This document shows positions 39,938 through 49,471 of a stretch of 64,000 bases of DNA, in pieces (within the stretch, counting starts at the first letter, position 1; each line of letters opens with the position of its first letter). The stretch comes from Actinokineospora sp. (lineage in GTDB: Bacteria; Actinomycetota; Actinomycetes; Mycobacteriales; Pseudonocardiaceae): assembly GCA_052390155.1 (NCBI GenBank), contig JBQTHF010000034.1; one strand, written 5' to 3'. The notes under the pieces are model-generated. The model saw only the letters and a list, made by a program, of their open reading frames with translations, searched no databases and was not told the DNA's origin. A program made the position numbers and the translations under genes.

Positions 39938-40391
39938 GTCAGCGCCGGCCGCCGCCGCTGCCGTGCGGTTCTATATCGACGCGGACTTGCTGGGCCTGGC
40001 CAAGCTGCTGGTCCAGGTCCGCAACGATGTCACCTACCCGGGAGACCCGGGCGGCGAGCTGTACCGCAAGAAGCGCCCGCCGTGCCCGGTCGCGAGCCCA
40101 GCGGTAAAGGACGTCGAGTGGCTCCCGGTGGTATGCCGAAACAAGTGGCTGATCATCACCCGTGACTGGCACATCAACGACCACCGTCAGGAGATCGCCG
40201 CGGTCCGCGATCATGGCGCCCGCATGGTCACCCTCGCCAGCAAGGAAGCCAACTCGAAGTTCGCGCAGCTTGAGCTGTTCATGTGCCGGTGGCGCACCAT
40301 CGAGGCGCTGCTTGAGCAGCCTGGTCCGTTCGTCTACGAGGCGACCCGGACCACGCTTAAGCCGGTGCCCCTCGGCAGTGGCAGGCGCTGA
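39927..40391 (+). CDS. PIN-like / DUF5615-type putative toxin (VapC45-like)
   Basis: The protein begins RFYIDADLLGLAKLL, the acidic N-terminal strand typical of this PIN-like family. It overlaps or abuts the DUF433 gene. The start is GTG 39927 or GTG 39963. Confidence 0.55.
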   Translation: MQRESAPAAAAAVRFYIDADLLGLAKLLVQVRNDVTYPGDPGGELYRKKRPPCPVASPAVKDVEWLPVVCRNKWLIITRDWHINDHRQEIAAVRDHGARMVTLASKEANSKFAQLELFMCRWRTIEALLEQPGPFVYEATRTTLKPVPLGSGRR

Positions 40392-40411
40392 CCTACGACG
40401 CCAAGGGACAG

Positions 40412-40585
40412 CTATATCGCGGCGCCGATGCCGCCGAGTAGCACGAACAGGGACGCCGCCGAGATCGCGCCGAGGACGAAACCCGCGACTGCCAACGGAC
40501 CGAACAGCCGGGCCTTGCCGAGCAGGCTCATGATGCCCAGGCAGGCGATCAGGACGGCGAAGGCGATGGATGTGTTGCTGTGCAT
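40412..40585 (-). CDS. small two-helix membrane protein (57 aa)
   Basis: MHSNTSIAFAVLIACLGIMSLLGKARLFGPLAVAGFVLGAISAASLFVLLGGIGAAI. A strong SD, GGGAGGA, lies before the ATG, which is 2 nt downstream of the hydro-lyase stop. Confidence 0.6.
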   Translation of the reverse strand: MHSNTSIAFAVLIACLGIMSLLGKARLFGPLAVAGFVLGAISAASLFVLLGGIGAAI

Positions 40586-40587
40586 GA

Positions 40588-41358
40588 CTATCCTCCCGAT
40601 CGATATGCGGTCTCCCGGATGTCGGTGATGAACATGTGGCCCGGTGCGTGCGTGATGGCGAACGGAACGTCGGACCCGGCGAGCGCGGCCTGCGGGGTGA
40701 CGCCGCACGCCCAGAACACCGGGATCTCGCCCGACCGCAGCGCCACCGGTTCGCCGTAGTCCGGTGCGGCGAGGTCGGCGATACCGAGCGCTTCCGGCGC
40801 ACCCACATGGATGGGCGCGCCGTGCACCGCGGGCACTTGCGCGGTCACCTGGACGGCCGTGGCCACCAGTTCGGCGGGCACCGGGCGCATCGAGACGACC
40901 AGTGGGCCGCGGAGTCCGCCCGCCGGGCGGCACAGCCGGTTCGTGCGGTACATCGGCACGACCGTGCCCTGCTCGACGTGCCGCAGCGGGACGCCCGCGG
41001 CGGTGAGCGCGGCCTCGAAGGTGAAGCTGCACCCGATCAGGAAGCTCACCAGGTCTGTCCGCCAGACGTCGGCGACGTCGGTGGGTTCGGCGACCAGCGC
41101 GCCGTTGCGCCAGACGCGGTAGCGGGGGAGGTCGGTGCGCAGGTCGGCGTCGGCGAGCGGCGTTCGCCAGGCGCCCTCGTCGGTGACGTCGAGCAGTGGG
41201 CACGGTTTCGGGTTGCGCTGGGCGAAAAGCAGCATGTCGTAGGCGTGCTCGCGGGGCAGCGCGACCAAGTTTGCCTGGGCGAACCCGTTGGCCCAACCCG
41301 ACGTCGAGGTGATCGTGCCGGACCGGAACGCCGCCCGGGCCGCATGTGGATCGTCCAT
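40588..41358 (-). CDS. putative hydro-lyase, DUF1445/UPF0317 family
   Basis: [68 protein letters not shown] and [12 protein letters not shown] are all family hallmarks. GGAGG lies before ATG 41358. Confidence 0.88.
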   Translation of the reverse strand: MDDPHAARAAFRSGTITSTSGWANGFAQANLVALPREHAYDMLLFAQRNPKPCPLLDVTDEGAWRTPLADADLRTDLPRYRVWRNGALVAEPTDVADVWRTDLVSFLIGCSFTFEAALTAAGVPLRHVEQGTVVPMYRTNRLCRPAGGLRGPLVVSMRPVPAELVATAVQVTAQVPAVHGAPIHVGAPEALGIADLAAPDYGEPVALRSGEIPVFWACGVTPQAALAGSDVPFAITHAPGHMFITDIRETAYRSGG

Positions 41359-41371
41359 TTGGTACCTCCAT

Positions 41372-42622
41372 TCAGGACAGTTCACGGCCGCGGGTCTCCG
41401 GCAGGCCGAACAGGGACACGAAGGCCAGCGCGTAGGCAAGGGCGCCGAACGACATCGCGCCGCCGATGCCGTACCGCGCGGCCAGAAAGCCGATGGCGGC
41501 GGGGAAGAACGCGCCGACCGCGCGACCGATGTTGTAGGTGAAACCCGGGCCCGCCCCGCGCGCCCGGCTCGGGTACAGCTCGGCGAGGAACGCGCCGAAC
41601 CCGCTGAAGATCGCCGACGAGCAGAACCCGAGCGGGAAGCCCAGGTACATCACATAGCCGCCCGCGGACGCGGGAAGCTGCGTGTAGAGCAGCACGAGCG
41701 CGGCGCTGAGCACGGCGAAGAGCCGGAAAGTGTTCTTGCGCCCCAACCGGTCGGCGAAGTAGCCGCCGGTGAGGTAGCCCAGGAACGCGCCGGTGATCAG
41801 GAAGGCCAGGTACCCGCCCGTGCCGATCACGGTGAGACCCCGCTCCTTGCTCAGGAACGCGGGCAGCCACGTCGCCAGTGTGTAGTAGCCGCCCTGGCAG
41901 CCGGTGGCGAGCAGGGACGCGAACACCGTGGTGCGCAACAGATCCCGGCGGAAGATCGCCCGCAGTGAGCCGCGCGCCTCCTGCCTGTGCTCGGTGAACA
42001 CGGGTGCGTCCTCGATGCCGCGCCGCAGGTAGACGACGAGCAGGGCGGGCAACGCGCCGGTGACGAACAGGACGCGCCAGGCCAGGTCGGGCTCCATCAG
42101 GCTGAACACCAGCGTGTAGGTGAGCACGGCCAGACCCCAGCCCACGGCCCAGGAACTCTGGATGACCGCGATCACTCGACCCCGGTGTCGCGCGGAGGTG
42201 TGCTCGGCGACCAGGATCGCGCCGGTCGCCCATTCGCCGCCGAAGCCGAGGCCCTGCAGCGCGCGGAAGGCAAGCAGCGTCTCGTAGTTCTGCGCCAGCC
42301 CGCACAGCGCCGTGAACAGCGCGTACGTGACGACGGTGATCATCAGGGTGCGCACCCGGCCGATCCGGTCGGCCAGCACGCCCGCGATCACACCGCCCAC
42401 CGCCGAGAACACCAGCGTGGTGGTGGACAACAGGCCGGTCTGGCCGGTGCTCAGCCCGAACGTCGCGGCGATGGCGGCGAGGCTGAGCGGAAGCACCCAG
42501 AAGTCGTAGGAGTCCAGGCCGAAGCCGAGGAAGGCGCCGACGAATGCCTTGCGGCCCTTCGCGGGCAGCTCCCGAAACCAGGTGAGCCTGCCGTCGGTCC
42601 GCGGGACTGTGCTGCTGCTCAT
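41372..42622 (-). CDS. MFS transporter
   Basis: 416 aa with 12 hydrophobic segments and the GVLADRIGR loop motif. Confidence 0.88.
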   Translation of the reverse strand: MSSSTVPRTDGRLTWFRELPAKGRKAFVGAFLGFGLDSYDFWVLPLSLAAIAATFGLSTGQTGLLSTTTLVFSAVGGVIAGVLADRIGRVRTLMITVVTYALFTALCGLAQNYETLLAFRALQGLGFGGEWATGAILVAEHTSARHRGRVIAVIQSSWAVGWGLAVLTYTLVFSLMEPDLAWRVLFVTGALPALLVVYLRRGIEDAPVFTEHRQEARGSLRAIFRRDLLRTTVFASLLATGCQGGYYTLATWLPAFLSKERGLTVIGTGGYLAFLITGAFLGYLTGGYFADRLGRKNTFRLFAVLSAALVLLYTQLPASAGGYVMYLGFPLGFCSSAIFSGFGAFLAELYPSRARGAGPGFTYNIGRAVGAFFPAAIGFLAARYGIGGAMSFGALAYALAFVSLFGLPETRGRELS

Positions 42623-42682
42623 GACATACCCCGTTCGGTCGATGACCCATCGTAGTGTTCAGTGTGAGGATTGTTGAACAAT

Positions 42683-43456
42683 ATGACAATGGTCCGATCG
42701 GACGATTACTGTTCAGGTACCTACGACGTGGTGGAGGCCCCCGTGGCTGCGGCGGAGATCGTCGGTCGGCTCACCGAACTCGTCCGGGAGCGGCGGCGGG
42801 AGCGCAGCAGCGCCGCCGAAGTGGCCGCCGCCGCCCTGCGCGACCTGATCATGGAGGGCGCGCTTGCCCCGGGCAGCCGGGTGTCCGAGGAGGCGTTCAT
42901 GGCGCCCCTTGAGGTCTCCCGCAACACCCTGCGCGAGGCGTTCCGGCTGCTCACGCACGAGAAGCTGCTCGTACACAAGCTCAACCGCGGCGTCTTCGTC
43001 CGCAGCCTCGACGCCGCGGACGTGGTCGACCTGTTCCTGGTCCGCCGCATGATCGAATGCGCCGCCCTCACCCTCGCCGACGACGTGGGCATCGCCCGCA
43101 TGGCGGACGCCGTCGAACGCGGCGAACGGGCGGCCGCTGACGGTCAGTGGGTCGATGTGGGCACCGCCAACATCCGGTTCCACCAGGCCATCGCCGCCCT
43201 CGCGGGCAGCCCCCGCGTCGACGAACTGATGCGTCAGGTCGCCGCCGAACTTCGCCTGGGCTTCCACGACATGGGCGATCCGCGGTCATTCCACGAGGGT
43301 TACCTGGTCCGCAACCGGGAGATCGTCCGCACCCTGCTGGCGGGCGAGGTCACCGCCGCCGAAGACCTCTTGCGCGCCTACCTCGCCGACGCCGAAACCG
43401 AAATGCTCGCCGCCTTCCGCACCCGCCCGATCACTCCTACCCTGGCTATGCCCTGA
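42683..43456 (+). CDS. GntR-family regulator (FadR/FCD subfamily)
   Basis: LRDLIMEGALAPGSRVSEEAFMAPLEVSRNTLREAFRLLTHEKLLVHKLNRGVFV plus an FCD domain. It is divergent from the MFS/hydro-lyase operon. The start lies in 42671-42689. Confidence 0.88.
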   Translation: MTMVRSDDYCSGTYDVVEAPVAAAEIVGRLTELVRERRRERSSAAEVAAAALRDLIMEGALAPGSRVSEEAFMAPLEVSRNTLREAFRLLTHEKLLVHKLNRGVFVRSLDAADVVDLFLVRRMIECAALTLADDVGIARMADAVERGERAAADGQWVDVGTANIRFHQAIAALAGSPRVDELMRQVAAELRLGFHDMGDPRSFHEGYLVRNREIVRTLLAGEVTAAEDLLRAYLADAETEMLAAFRTRPITPTLAMP

Positions 43457-43793
43457 CGCCCGGCCTCGGCTGCCCTGACGGGCTCTTCCTGGCCCCATCG
43501 CGGCTAGGCAACGGTCGACACGGCACGCGAGCCATCCCCGCCTGTCCACATCCACGCCAACCATCCACAGAATTTGCCACCCCCTCCCCACCAGCCATTC
43601 CACCGATAGACTGGCGCAGGGCCGAGCCCCCAGTGGACGGGTGGGGGTTGTAGTTAGGGGTGGCGGCGAAAATGGGTCCGGGCGCGGGGGGTGTGTAGCG
43701 GGCGGGGTGGGCAATGGCACGCCGGGTTGGCTGTTGGCGCGTGGGCGGGGGGCATCTGATCGCAGTAGGGTCGATGACTGTGCGGATGATGGG

Positions 43794-44558
43794 ATGTCCC
43801 CGGTGACGGTCTGGGAAGCGATCGGTGTCGTGCTGGCCGGGGTGTTCGCGGGCGGCATCAACACGGTCGTCGGCTCCGGCACCCTGGTCACCTTCCCTGT
43901 CCTGCTCGCCGTCGGCTATCCGCCGGTTGTCGCGAACGTGTCCAACACGCTGGGATTGGTTCCCGGGTCGGTGACGGGCGCGATCGGCTACCGGCGCGAG
44001 CTGGTCGGGCAGCGTGCGCGGCTGCTGCGGCTGGGTGCGGCATCCGTGACCGGCGGTGCGGTCGGCGCCGTGCTGCTCCTGGTGTTGCCGCCGGGGGCGT
44101 TCGAGACGATCGTGCCTGTCCTGATCGTGTTGGCGCTGGTCCTTGTCGTGGCGCAGCCGTGGTTGTCGCGCAAGCTCGACGAGCGGCAGGCCGAGCGACA
44201 CCTGCACGGCGGTCTCGCGCTGTTCTCCGGTGTGTTCGTCACCGGCGTCTACGGCGGCTACTTCGGCGCCGCGCAGGGCGTGTTGCTGCTCGCGCTGATG
44301 GGGATTCTCATGGACGAGACCCTGCAACGGATCAACGCGGTCAAGAACGTTCTCGCCGCTGTCGTCAACCTCGCCTCCGGCATCATCTTCGTCTTCGTGG
44401 CCGAGGTGGCCTGGCTCGCCGTCGCGCTGATCGCGGGTGGGGCGATCGTCGGCGGCCTGCTCGGCGCGAAGGTCGGGCGCAAGCTGTCCCCGGCCGTGCT
44501 GCGGGGCGTGATCGTGGTTGTCGGCGTCGCGGCGATTGTGCAGTTGTTGGCGCGGTGA
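43794..44558 (+). CDS. TauE/SafE-family sulfite/anion exporter
   Basis: 254 aa with GINTVVGSGTLVTFPVLL and GYFGAAQGVLLLALM repeats and about 8 TM helices. The ORF upstream of ATG 43794 is G-rich non-coding sequence. Confidence 0.85.
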   Translation: MSPVTVWEAIGVVLAGVFAGGINTVVGSGTLVTFPVLLAVGYPPVVANVSNTLGLVPGSVTGAIGYRRELVGQRARLLRLGAASVTGGAVGAVLLLVLPPGAFETIVPVLIVLALVLVVAQPWLSRKLDERQAERHLHGGLALFSGVFVTGVYGGYFGAAQGVLLLALMGILMDETLQRINAVKNVLAAVVNLASGIIFVFVAEVAWLAVALIAGGAIVGGLLGAKVGRKLSPAVLRGVIVVVGVAAIVQLLAR

Positions 44559-44564
44559 ACCGGC

Positions 44565-45632
44565 TTACCTGGGGAACGACAAGGCGGCGGCCAGGAACGT
44601 GTCGTTCTCCTCGGGCGTGCCGACGGTGACCCGGGCGCCGTCGCCGACGAACGCGCGCACCACGACCTTGTGCGACAGACAGTGCTCGTTGAACTCGGCG
44701 GTCCGCGCACCCAGCGGCAGCCACACGAAGTTCGCCTGCGTCACCGGCACGTCGTAGCCCGCATCGACCAGTGCCGCGCGCACCCGGCCGCGCTCGGCCA
44801 CGATGTCGCGGCAGCGCGCGAACAGCTCGTCCTCCGCGTCCAGCGACGCCAGCGCCGCGACCTGCGCGAGCGCGTTGACCCCGAACGGTACGAACACCCG
44901 GCGCGTCACGTCGGCGACCGCCTCGGACGCGACCAGGTAGCCCACGCGCAGCCCCGCGAGGCCGTACGCCTTGGAGAACGTTCGCAGCACGGCCACGTTG
45001 TCCCGCCCGCGCGCCCACAGTTCCTTGGCCACCTCGACGCCGTCCGGCACGTCCGCGTCGTCCACGAACTCCCGATACGCCTCATCGATCACCACGAGCA
45101 CGTCCGCGGGCACCGCGTCGACGAAGCGCTCGATCTCCGCCTTGGTGAGCGCCGTGCCGGTCGGGTTGTTGGGCGTGCACACGAACACCAGCCGGGTCTT
45201 CGAGGTGACCGCCGCGATCATGGCGTCCAGGTCGAGCGCGTGCGCCTCGGTCAGCGGCACGCGCACCTGACCGGCGCCGACGACCTGCGTGATGATCGGG
45301 TACGCCTCGAACGAGCGCCAGCCGAACATGACCTCGTCCTCGGCGGTGCACGTGGCCTGCACGAGCTGCTGGCACAGGGTCACCGACCCGCAGCCGACGG
45401 ACACCTGGTCCTCGGTGACGCCAAGCTTGCGCGCCAACCGCGCCACCAGTTCGCCCGCGCCGCTGTCCGGGTAGCGGTTGATCCGGGCGGCGGCCTCGGC
45501 GATCGCGCCGACCACACTGGGCAGCGGGCCGAGGGAGACCTCGTTGCTGGCCAGCTTGATCGCCCCGGGGACGCTCTTGCCCGGCACGTAACCGGGCAGC
45601 GAGTCCAGATCGGCGCGGATACGCACGCTCAT
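44565..45632 (-). CDS. hisC: histidinol-phosphate/aromatic aminotransferase (HisC2-like)
   Basis: LASNE, NNPTG, IDEAY and the PLP lysine motif TFSKAYGLAGLRVGY. 355 aa. Confidence 0.9.
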   Translation of the reverse strand: MSVRIRADLDSLPGYVPGKSVPGAIKLASNEVSLGPLPSVVGAIAEAAARINRYPDSGAGELVARLARKLGVTEDQVSVGCGSVTLCQQLVQATCTAEDEVMFGWRSFEAYPIITQVVGAGQVRVPLTEAHALDLDAMIAAVTSKTRLVFVCTPNNPTGTALTKAEIERFVDAVPADVLVVIDEAYREFVDDADVPDGVEVAKELWARGRDNVAVLRTFSKAYGLAGLRVGYLVASEAVADVTRRVFVPFGVNALAQVAALASLDAEDELFARCRDIVAERGRVRAALVDAGYDVPVTQANFVWLPLGARTAEFNEHCLSHKVVVRAFVGDGARVTVGTPEENDTFLAAALSFPR

Positions 45633-45754
45633 CGAAAACTCCTCGTCGTCACAGGGGGCCGCTTGCGTCGAACCTATCTTCCGCCGAGGCGGTGCCGACG
45701 CCTGAGCGGTCGATCACGTTGACTGCGGTTCACCCTCGCATGGTTGGGTGTGGC

Positions 45755-46426
45755 ATGGCTCAGACACGCACAGAGGACTTCCGGCTCGACGACGGCCGTG
45801 CGCTGCGCCTCACTTTCGCCGAACCGGACGGGGTCACCCGGGGCGGGCTCGTCGTGCTGCACGAAGCGCGGGGGATCACGGACGCGGTGCGCGGCATGGT
45901 GACGGGTCTGGCGGCCGAGGGCTGGCTTGTCGTCGTTCCACATCTGTACGCGGGTGAGGCGGGCTCCACCGAAGTCGACCACCACGAGGCCCGCGACAAG
46001 GTCAGCGAGCTGTCAGGCGACTCCGTGCTCGCCGCCACCGACATCGCCTTCGCCTGGCTGGCGGGCTACGAGGTCGCCGCCGACCGCATCGGCGTCATCG
46101 GGTTCGAACTCGGCGGCGCGGTTGCGCTCGTCGTGGCCGCGCGCCGCGACATCGGGGCCGCGGTCACCGTGGCGGGTGGCGGCATCCTGGAACCGCTGTC
46201 CGACGGCCTCCCCGCGCTGGTCGAGGTCGCGGGCGAGCTGCGCTGCCCGTGGCTAGGCCTCTACCGCGAGGAGGGCGACGACATCTCCGCCGAGCAGGTC
46301 GAGAAGCTGCGCGAGGCGGCCAGCGCGGCCAACATCGCCTCCGACGTCGTCCGGTTCCCGTTCGAGTCGGGCGCGTCCGAGGCGTGGCAGCGCGCGCTGA
46401 ACTGGTTCGACGCCCACCTGCGCTGA
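45755..46426 (+). CDS. dienelactone hydrolase-family protein
   Basis: GLVVLHEARGIT, IGVIGFELGG (nucleophile elbow variant) and a C-terminal alpha/beta hydrolase pattern. Confidence 0.6.
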   Translation: MAQTRTEDFRLDDGRALRLTFAEPDGVTRGGLVVLHEARGITDAVRGMVTGLAAEGWLVVVPHLYAGEAGSTEVDHHEARDKVSELSGDSVLAATDIAFAWLAGYEVAADRIGVIGFELGGAVALVVAARRDIGAAVTVAGGGILEPLSDGLPALVEVAGELRCPWLGLYREEGDDISAEQVEKLREAASAANIASDVVRFPFESGASEAWQRALNWFDAHLR

Positions 46427-47181
46427 TGATCACCACGCTGACCGAGCCGGAGTTCGACCTCGTCTGGGAGCGGCTGGGCCTGGGCGAGCGGCCGTACCCG
46501 CTCGACGTGCCGAGCTTCGGGGAGACCCTGGACGAGCGCGCCGAACTGCTTGCCCAGGTGCTGGACAGCCTGGCCGCCAAGGGTTGTTACGACGGCCGCG
46601 ACCTCGACCGGCGCTTCGAGGACCAGCTCCTGCTGCTCGCGCGGCACGAGGTCAGCGTCGACGGGCTGCTCGCGGTCGGCGAGAACCTGCGCGTGCTGGG
46701 CGCGGCGCGCGGCGGGCGCGGCGTGCTGGCCGTGCAGTCCGGCGGGGAGATCCGGGTCGGCCCGGTGCCGAGCGAGCGGGTCGTGGCCGAGATCATAGCG
46801 CTGGTGCCGGACGCGGAACCCGGGCCTGGCGGACCGCTCTCACTGCCCAAGGCGGTGTTCCACGAAGCGGTGGATGCCTTCGCGCGCAACGGTTTCGCCG
46901 GGTTGGAGCTGGCGCTCAACCAGGGCGGCGTCCGCGGCCGCGACATGCGGACCGTGGCCACGCTGGTGTCCAGCTCACGCCACGGCGGCGGCCAGCTCGC
47001 CGCGAACAGCCTCGACCGGGTCGGCAGACGCAGCCGCACCGACGTGCTCAACTGGTTCGACACCGAGGCTGGCCGCTACCTGTCCTACCCGGAGCGCCAG
47101 GACCGGCTCACCTTCACCCCGGCCGACTCCGCCCGGCTGGCCCAGCGGCTGCGCGAGCTGGTCACCTCGGTCACCGCCTGA
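46426..47181 (+). CDS. EspG-family (ESX secretion-associated chaperone-like) protein
   Basis: ATG overlaps the upstream stop (TGATG). MITTLTEPEFDLVWERLGLGERPYPLDVPSFGETLDERAEL is the typical EspG N-terminus. Confidence 0.6.
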   Translation: MITTLTEPEFDLVWERLGLGERPYPLDVPSFGETLDERAELLAQVLDSLAAKGCYDGRDLDRRFEDQLLLLARHEVSVDGLLAVGENLRVLGAARGGRGVLAVQSGGEIRVGPVPSERVVAEIIALVPDAEPGPGGPLSLPKAVFHEAVDAFARNGFAGLELALNQGGVRGRDMRTVATLVSSSRHGGGQLAANSLDRVGRRSRTDVLNWFDTEAGRYLSYPERQDRLTFTPADSARLAQRLRELVTSVTA

Positions 47182-47214
47182 CGGGGCTCCCAGCGGAACC
47201 CCGTCCGGCGACAG

Positions 47215-47877
47215 TCAGACCGCCACGGCCATCTCGACCACGTCGGCGCCCACGACCAAGTCGGGCTCGGTCTTCGCGCGGACCTCGTCGACGGTCACGC
47301 CCGGCGCCAGCTCCCGCAGGATCAGGCCGTCGGCGGTGATGTCGATGACCGCGAGGTCGGTGATGATCCGCTGCGCCACCCGCAGCCCGGTGTAGGGCAG
47401 TGAGCACTCGTTGACGATCTTGTGGCTGCCGTCCCTGGCCACGTGTTCCATGAGCACCACGACGTGCTTGGCGCCGTGCACCAAGTCCATCGCGCCGCCC
47501 ATGCCCTTGACCATCTTGCCGGGGATCATCCAGTTCGCGATGTCGCCGACCTTGGACACCTGCATGGCGCCCAGGATCGCGGCGTCCACCTTGCCGCCCC
47601 GGATCATCCCGAACGACAACGCCGAGTCGAAGATCGACGCGCCCCGGCGCAGGGTCACCGTCTCCTTGCCCGCGTTGATCAGGTCGGCGTCCTCCTCGCC
47701 CTCCCACGGGTAGGCGCCCACGCCGAGCAGCCCGTTCTCGGACTGCAGCACGATCTCCACGTCGTCGGGCACGTAGTTCGGCACCAGGGTCGGCAGGCCG
47801 ATGCCGAGGTTGACGTACGAGCCGTCGGTCAGCTCCGCCGCGGCGCGCGCGGCCATCTGCTCACGGGTCAGTGCCAT
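47215..47877 (-). CDS. scoB: 3-oxoacid CoA-transferase subunit B
   Basis: [14 protein letters not shown] (active-site Glu context) and GAMDLV. Confidence 0.92.
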   Translation of the reverse strand: MALTREQMAARAAAELTDGSYVNLGIGLPTLVPNYVPDDVEIVLQSENGLLGVGAYPWEGEEDADLINAGKETVTLRRGASIFDSALSFGMIRGGKVDAAILGAMQVSKVGDIANWMIPGKMVKGMGGAMDLVHGAKHVVVLMEHVARDGSHKIVNECSLPYTGLRVAQRIITDLAVIDITADGLILRELAPGVTVDEVRAKTEPDLVVGADVVEMAVAV

Positions 47878-47881
47878 GGGT

Positions 47882-48649
47882 TCAGCCCTCCTGCTTCGCG
47901 CGGACGGTGCGGCGCTCGATTCGCTTGTCCGCGGCCTGCTCCGCGGTCAGCGGCACCACGCGCTGCACGAAGATGCCGGGCAGGTGGACCTCGTTGGGCG
48001 CCAGCTCGCCGGTCTCGACCAGGGTTTCGACCTCGGCGATGGTGATCCGGCCCGACATGGCGCACAGCGGGTTGAAGTTCTGCGCGGAGTCGCGGAACAC
48101 GAGGTTGCCGTGCCGGTCGCCCTTCCACGCGCGGATCAGGCCGAAGTCGCAGACGATGGCGCGCTCCAGCACGTAGTCGAGCCCGTCGAACTCGCGGACC
48201 TCCTTGGGCGGGGAGGCCACCACGACGTTGCCCGCGTCGTCGTAGCGCCACGGCACACCGCCGTCGGCGACCTGCGTGCCCACGCCCGTGCGGGTGTAGA
48301 AGGCGGGGATGCCCGCGCCGCCCGCGCGCAGCCGCTCGGCCAGCGTGCCCTGCGGGGTCAGCTCCACTTCCAGCTCGCCGGAGAGGTACTGCCGGGCGAA
48401 TTCCTTGTTCTCGCCGACATAGGAGCTCGTCATCCGCGCGATGCGCTTCTCGCGCAGCAGCAGCCCGAGCCCCCAGTCGTCGACGCCGCAGTTGTTGGAC
48501 GCCACGTCCAGCCCGGTGACCCCGCTGGCGAGCAGGGCCTGGATCAGCACGCTCGGAATCCCGCACAGCCCGAAGCCGCCGACGGCCAGGCTGGCGTTGT
48601 CCGGGATGTCGGCGACCGCGTCGGCGGCGCTGTGGACGACTTTGTCCAT
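47882..48649 (-). CDS. scoA: 3-oxoacid CoA-transferase subunit A
   Basis: [32 protein letters not shown] and [29 protein letters not shown] lies before ATG 48649. Confidence 0.92.
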   Translation of the reverse strand: MDKVVHSAADAVADIPDNASLAVGGFGLCGIPSVLIQALLASGVTGLDVASNNCGVDDWGLGLLLREKRIARMTSSYVGENKEFARQYLSGELEVELTPQGTLAERLRAGGAGIPAFYTRTGVGTQVADGGVPWRYDDAGNVVVASPPKEVREFDGLDYVLERAIVCDFGLIRAWKGDRHGNLVFRDSAQNFNPLCAMSGRITIAEVETLVETGELAPNEVHLPGIFVQRVVPLTAEQAADKRIERRTVRAKQEG

Positions 48650-48954
48650 GTGTGGCCCTCCTTCTGGGTGTGGCAAAGGCGAGCCTAGCGGGGCGGAGCC
48701 GGGTGCAGATGTGTTCGTGATCGCCACAACTGACGGCGTCGGGATGTCCGGTGACACCGGGGCGGACGTTGCCCAAACCGCCGCGAACTTCGCGCACGAC
48801 CGGGCCGTGGCGGCAGCGGCGTCGGTGAGGTCATGTGATCCTGATCTGCCCGGTCGCCCGCGATCTCCCGCGTGTCGCCGCTGCGGCTCCGGGCGACTAC
48901 GGCGGACGCCCACCAGCGGTTTTGCCCGCACCGCACTGCTTGGCGGGGGGCGTT

Positions 48955-48984
48955 TTGCCTGGCGGACCGCGGCCTGTGTAGTCT
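48955..48984 (+). promoter_or_regulatory. candidate housekeeping-sigma promoter for the tRNA-Ser/tRNA-Arg pair
   Basis: TTGCCT, an 18-nt spacer, then TAGTCT. The -10 element ends 25 nt before the tRNA-Ser 5' end. Confidence 0.4.
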
Positions 48985-49009
48985 GATCGCCGAGCGGCCT
49001 GGGGCCCCG

Positions 49010-49099
49010 GGAGGCTTCGCCTAGTCTGGTCTATGGCGCCGCACTGCTAATGCGGTTGGGGTTAACCGCCCCTCCCGGGTTCAAATCCCGGAGCCTCCG
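49010..49099 (+). tRNA. tRNA-Ser (anticodon GCU)
   Basis: Acceptor GGAGGCT/AGCCTCC, anticodon loop CTGCTAA, a long variable arm and T-loop GGTTCAAATCC. Confidence 0.9.
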
Positions 49100-49134
49100 C
49101 ACTACACCCGGTCCGCCGGGTGACAACTGAACAT

Positions 49135-49207
49135 GCGCCCGTAGCTCAATGGATAGAGCACTTGACTACGGATCAAGAGGTTAGGGGTTCGAATCCCTTC
49201 GGGCGCG
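49135..49207 (+). tRNA. tRNA-Arg (anticodon ACG)
   Basis: GCGCCCGTAGCTCAATGGATAGAGCACTTGACTACGGATCAAGAGGTTAGGGGTTCGAATCCCTTCGGGCGCG, a canonical cloverleaf. Confidence 0.93.
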
Positions 49208-49218
49208 CGGTATTCGCA

Positions 49219-49258
49219 GGTCACGGCCCTGTCCTCGATTGAGGACAGGGCCGTGACC
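49219..49258 (+). terminator. strong hairpin after tRNA-Arg
   Basis: GGTCACGGCCCTGTCCTC-GATT-GAGGACAGGGCCGTGACC, an 18-bp perfect stem. Confidence 0.8.
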
Positions 49259-49471
49259 GCGTTTGCGGCGGCGCCCGGTTCGTATCGTGATCCGCGAAAG
49301 TGATTCTTCCTCTCGCCGGTATTCGCGGCTTGTGCACAAATGGCCACGTGGTCGAGTTGTCCACACCTGGACGTGGTTGTCGGCCGGAGATTTTATTGTG
49401 GCTGTGGAGGCTCGGGTCTGCGCGGTCTGGGGTTCTCGGTTCGTCCCCAGGGTGATCCACAGGTCTGTGGA

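Noticed and set aside
43641-43793. Upstream extension of the TauE ORF
   Set aside because: It is a Gly/Arg-rich translation of the G-rich tract. The hydrophobic TauE core begins right after ATG 43794.
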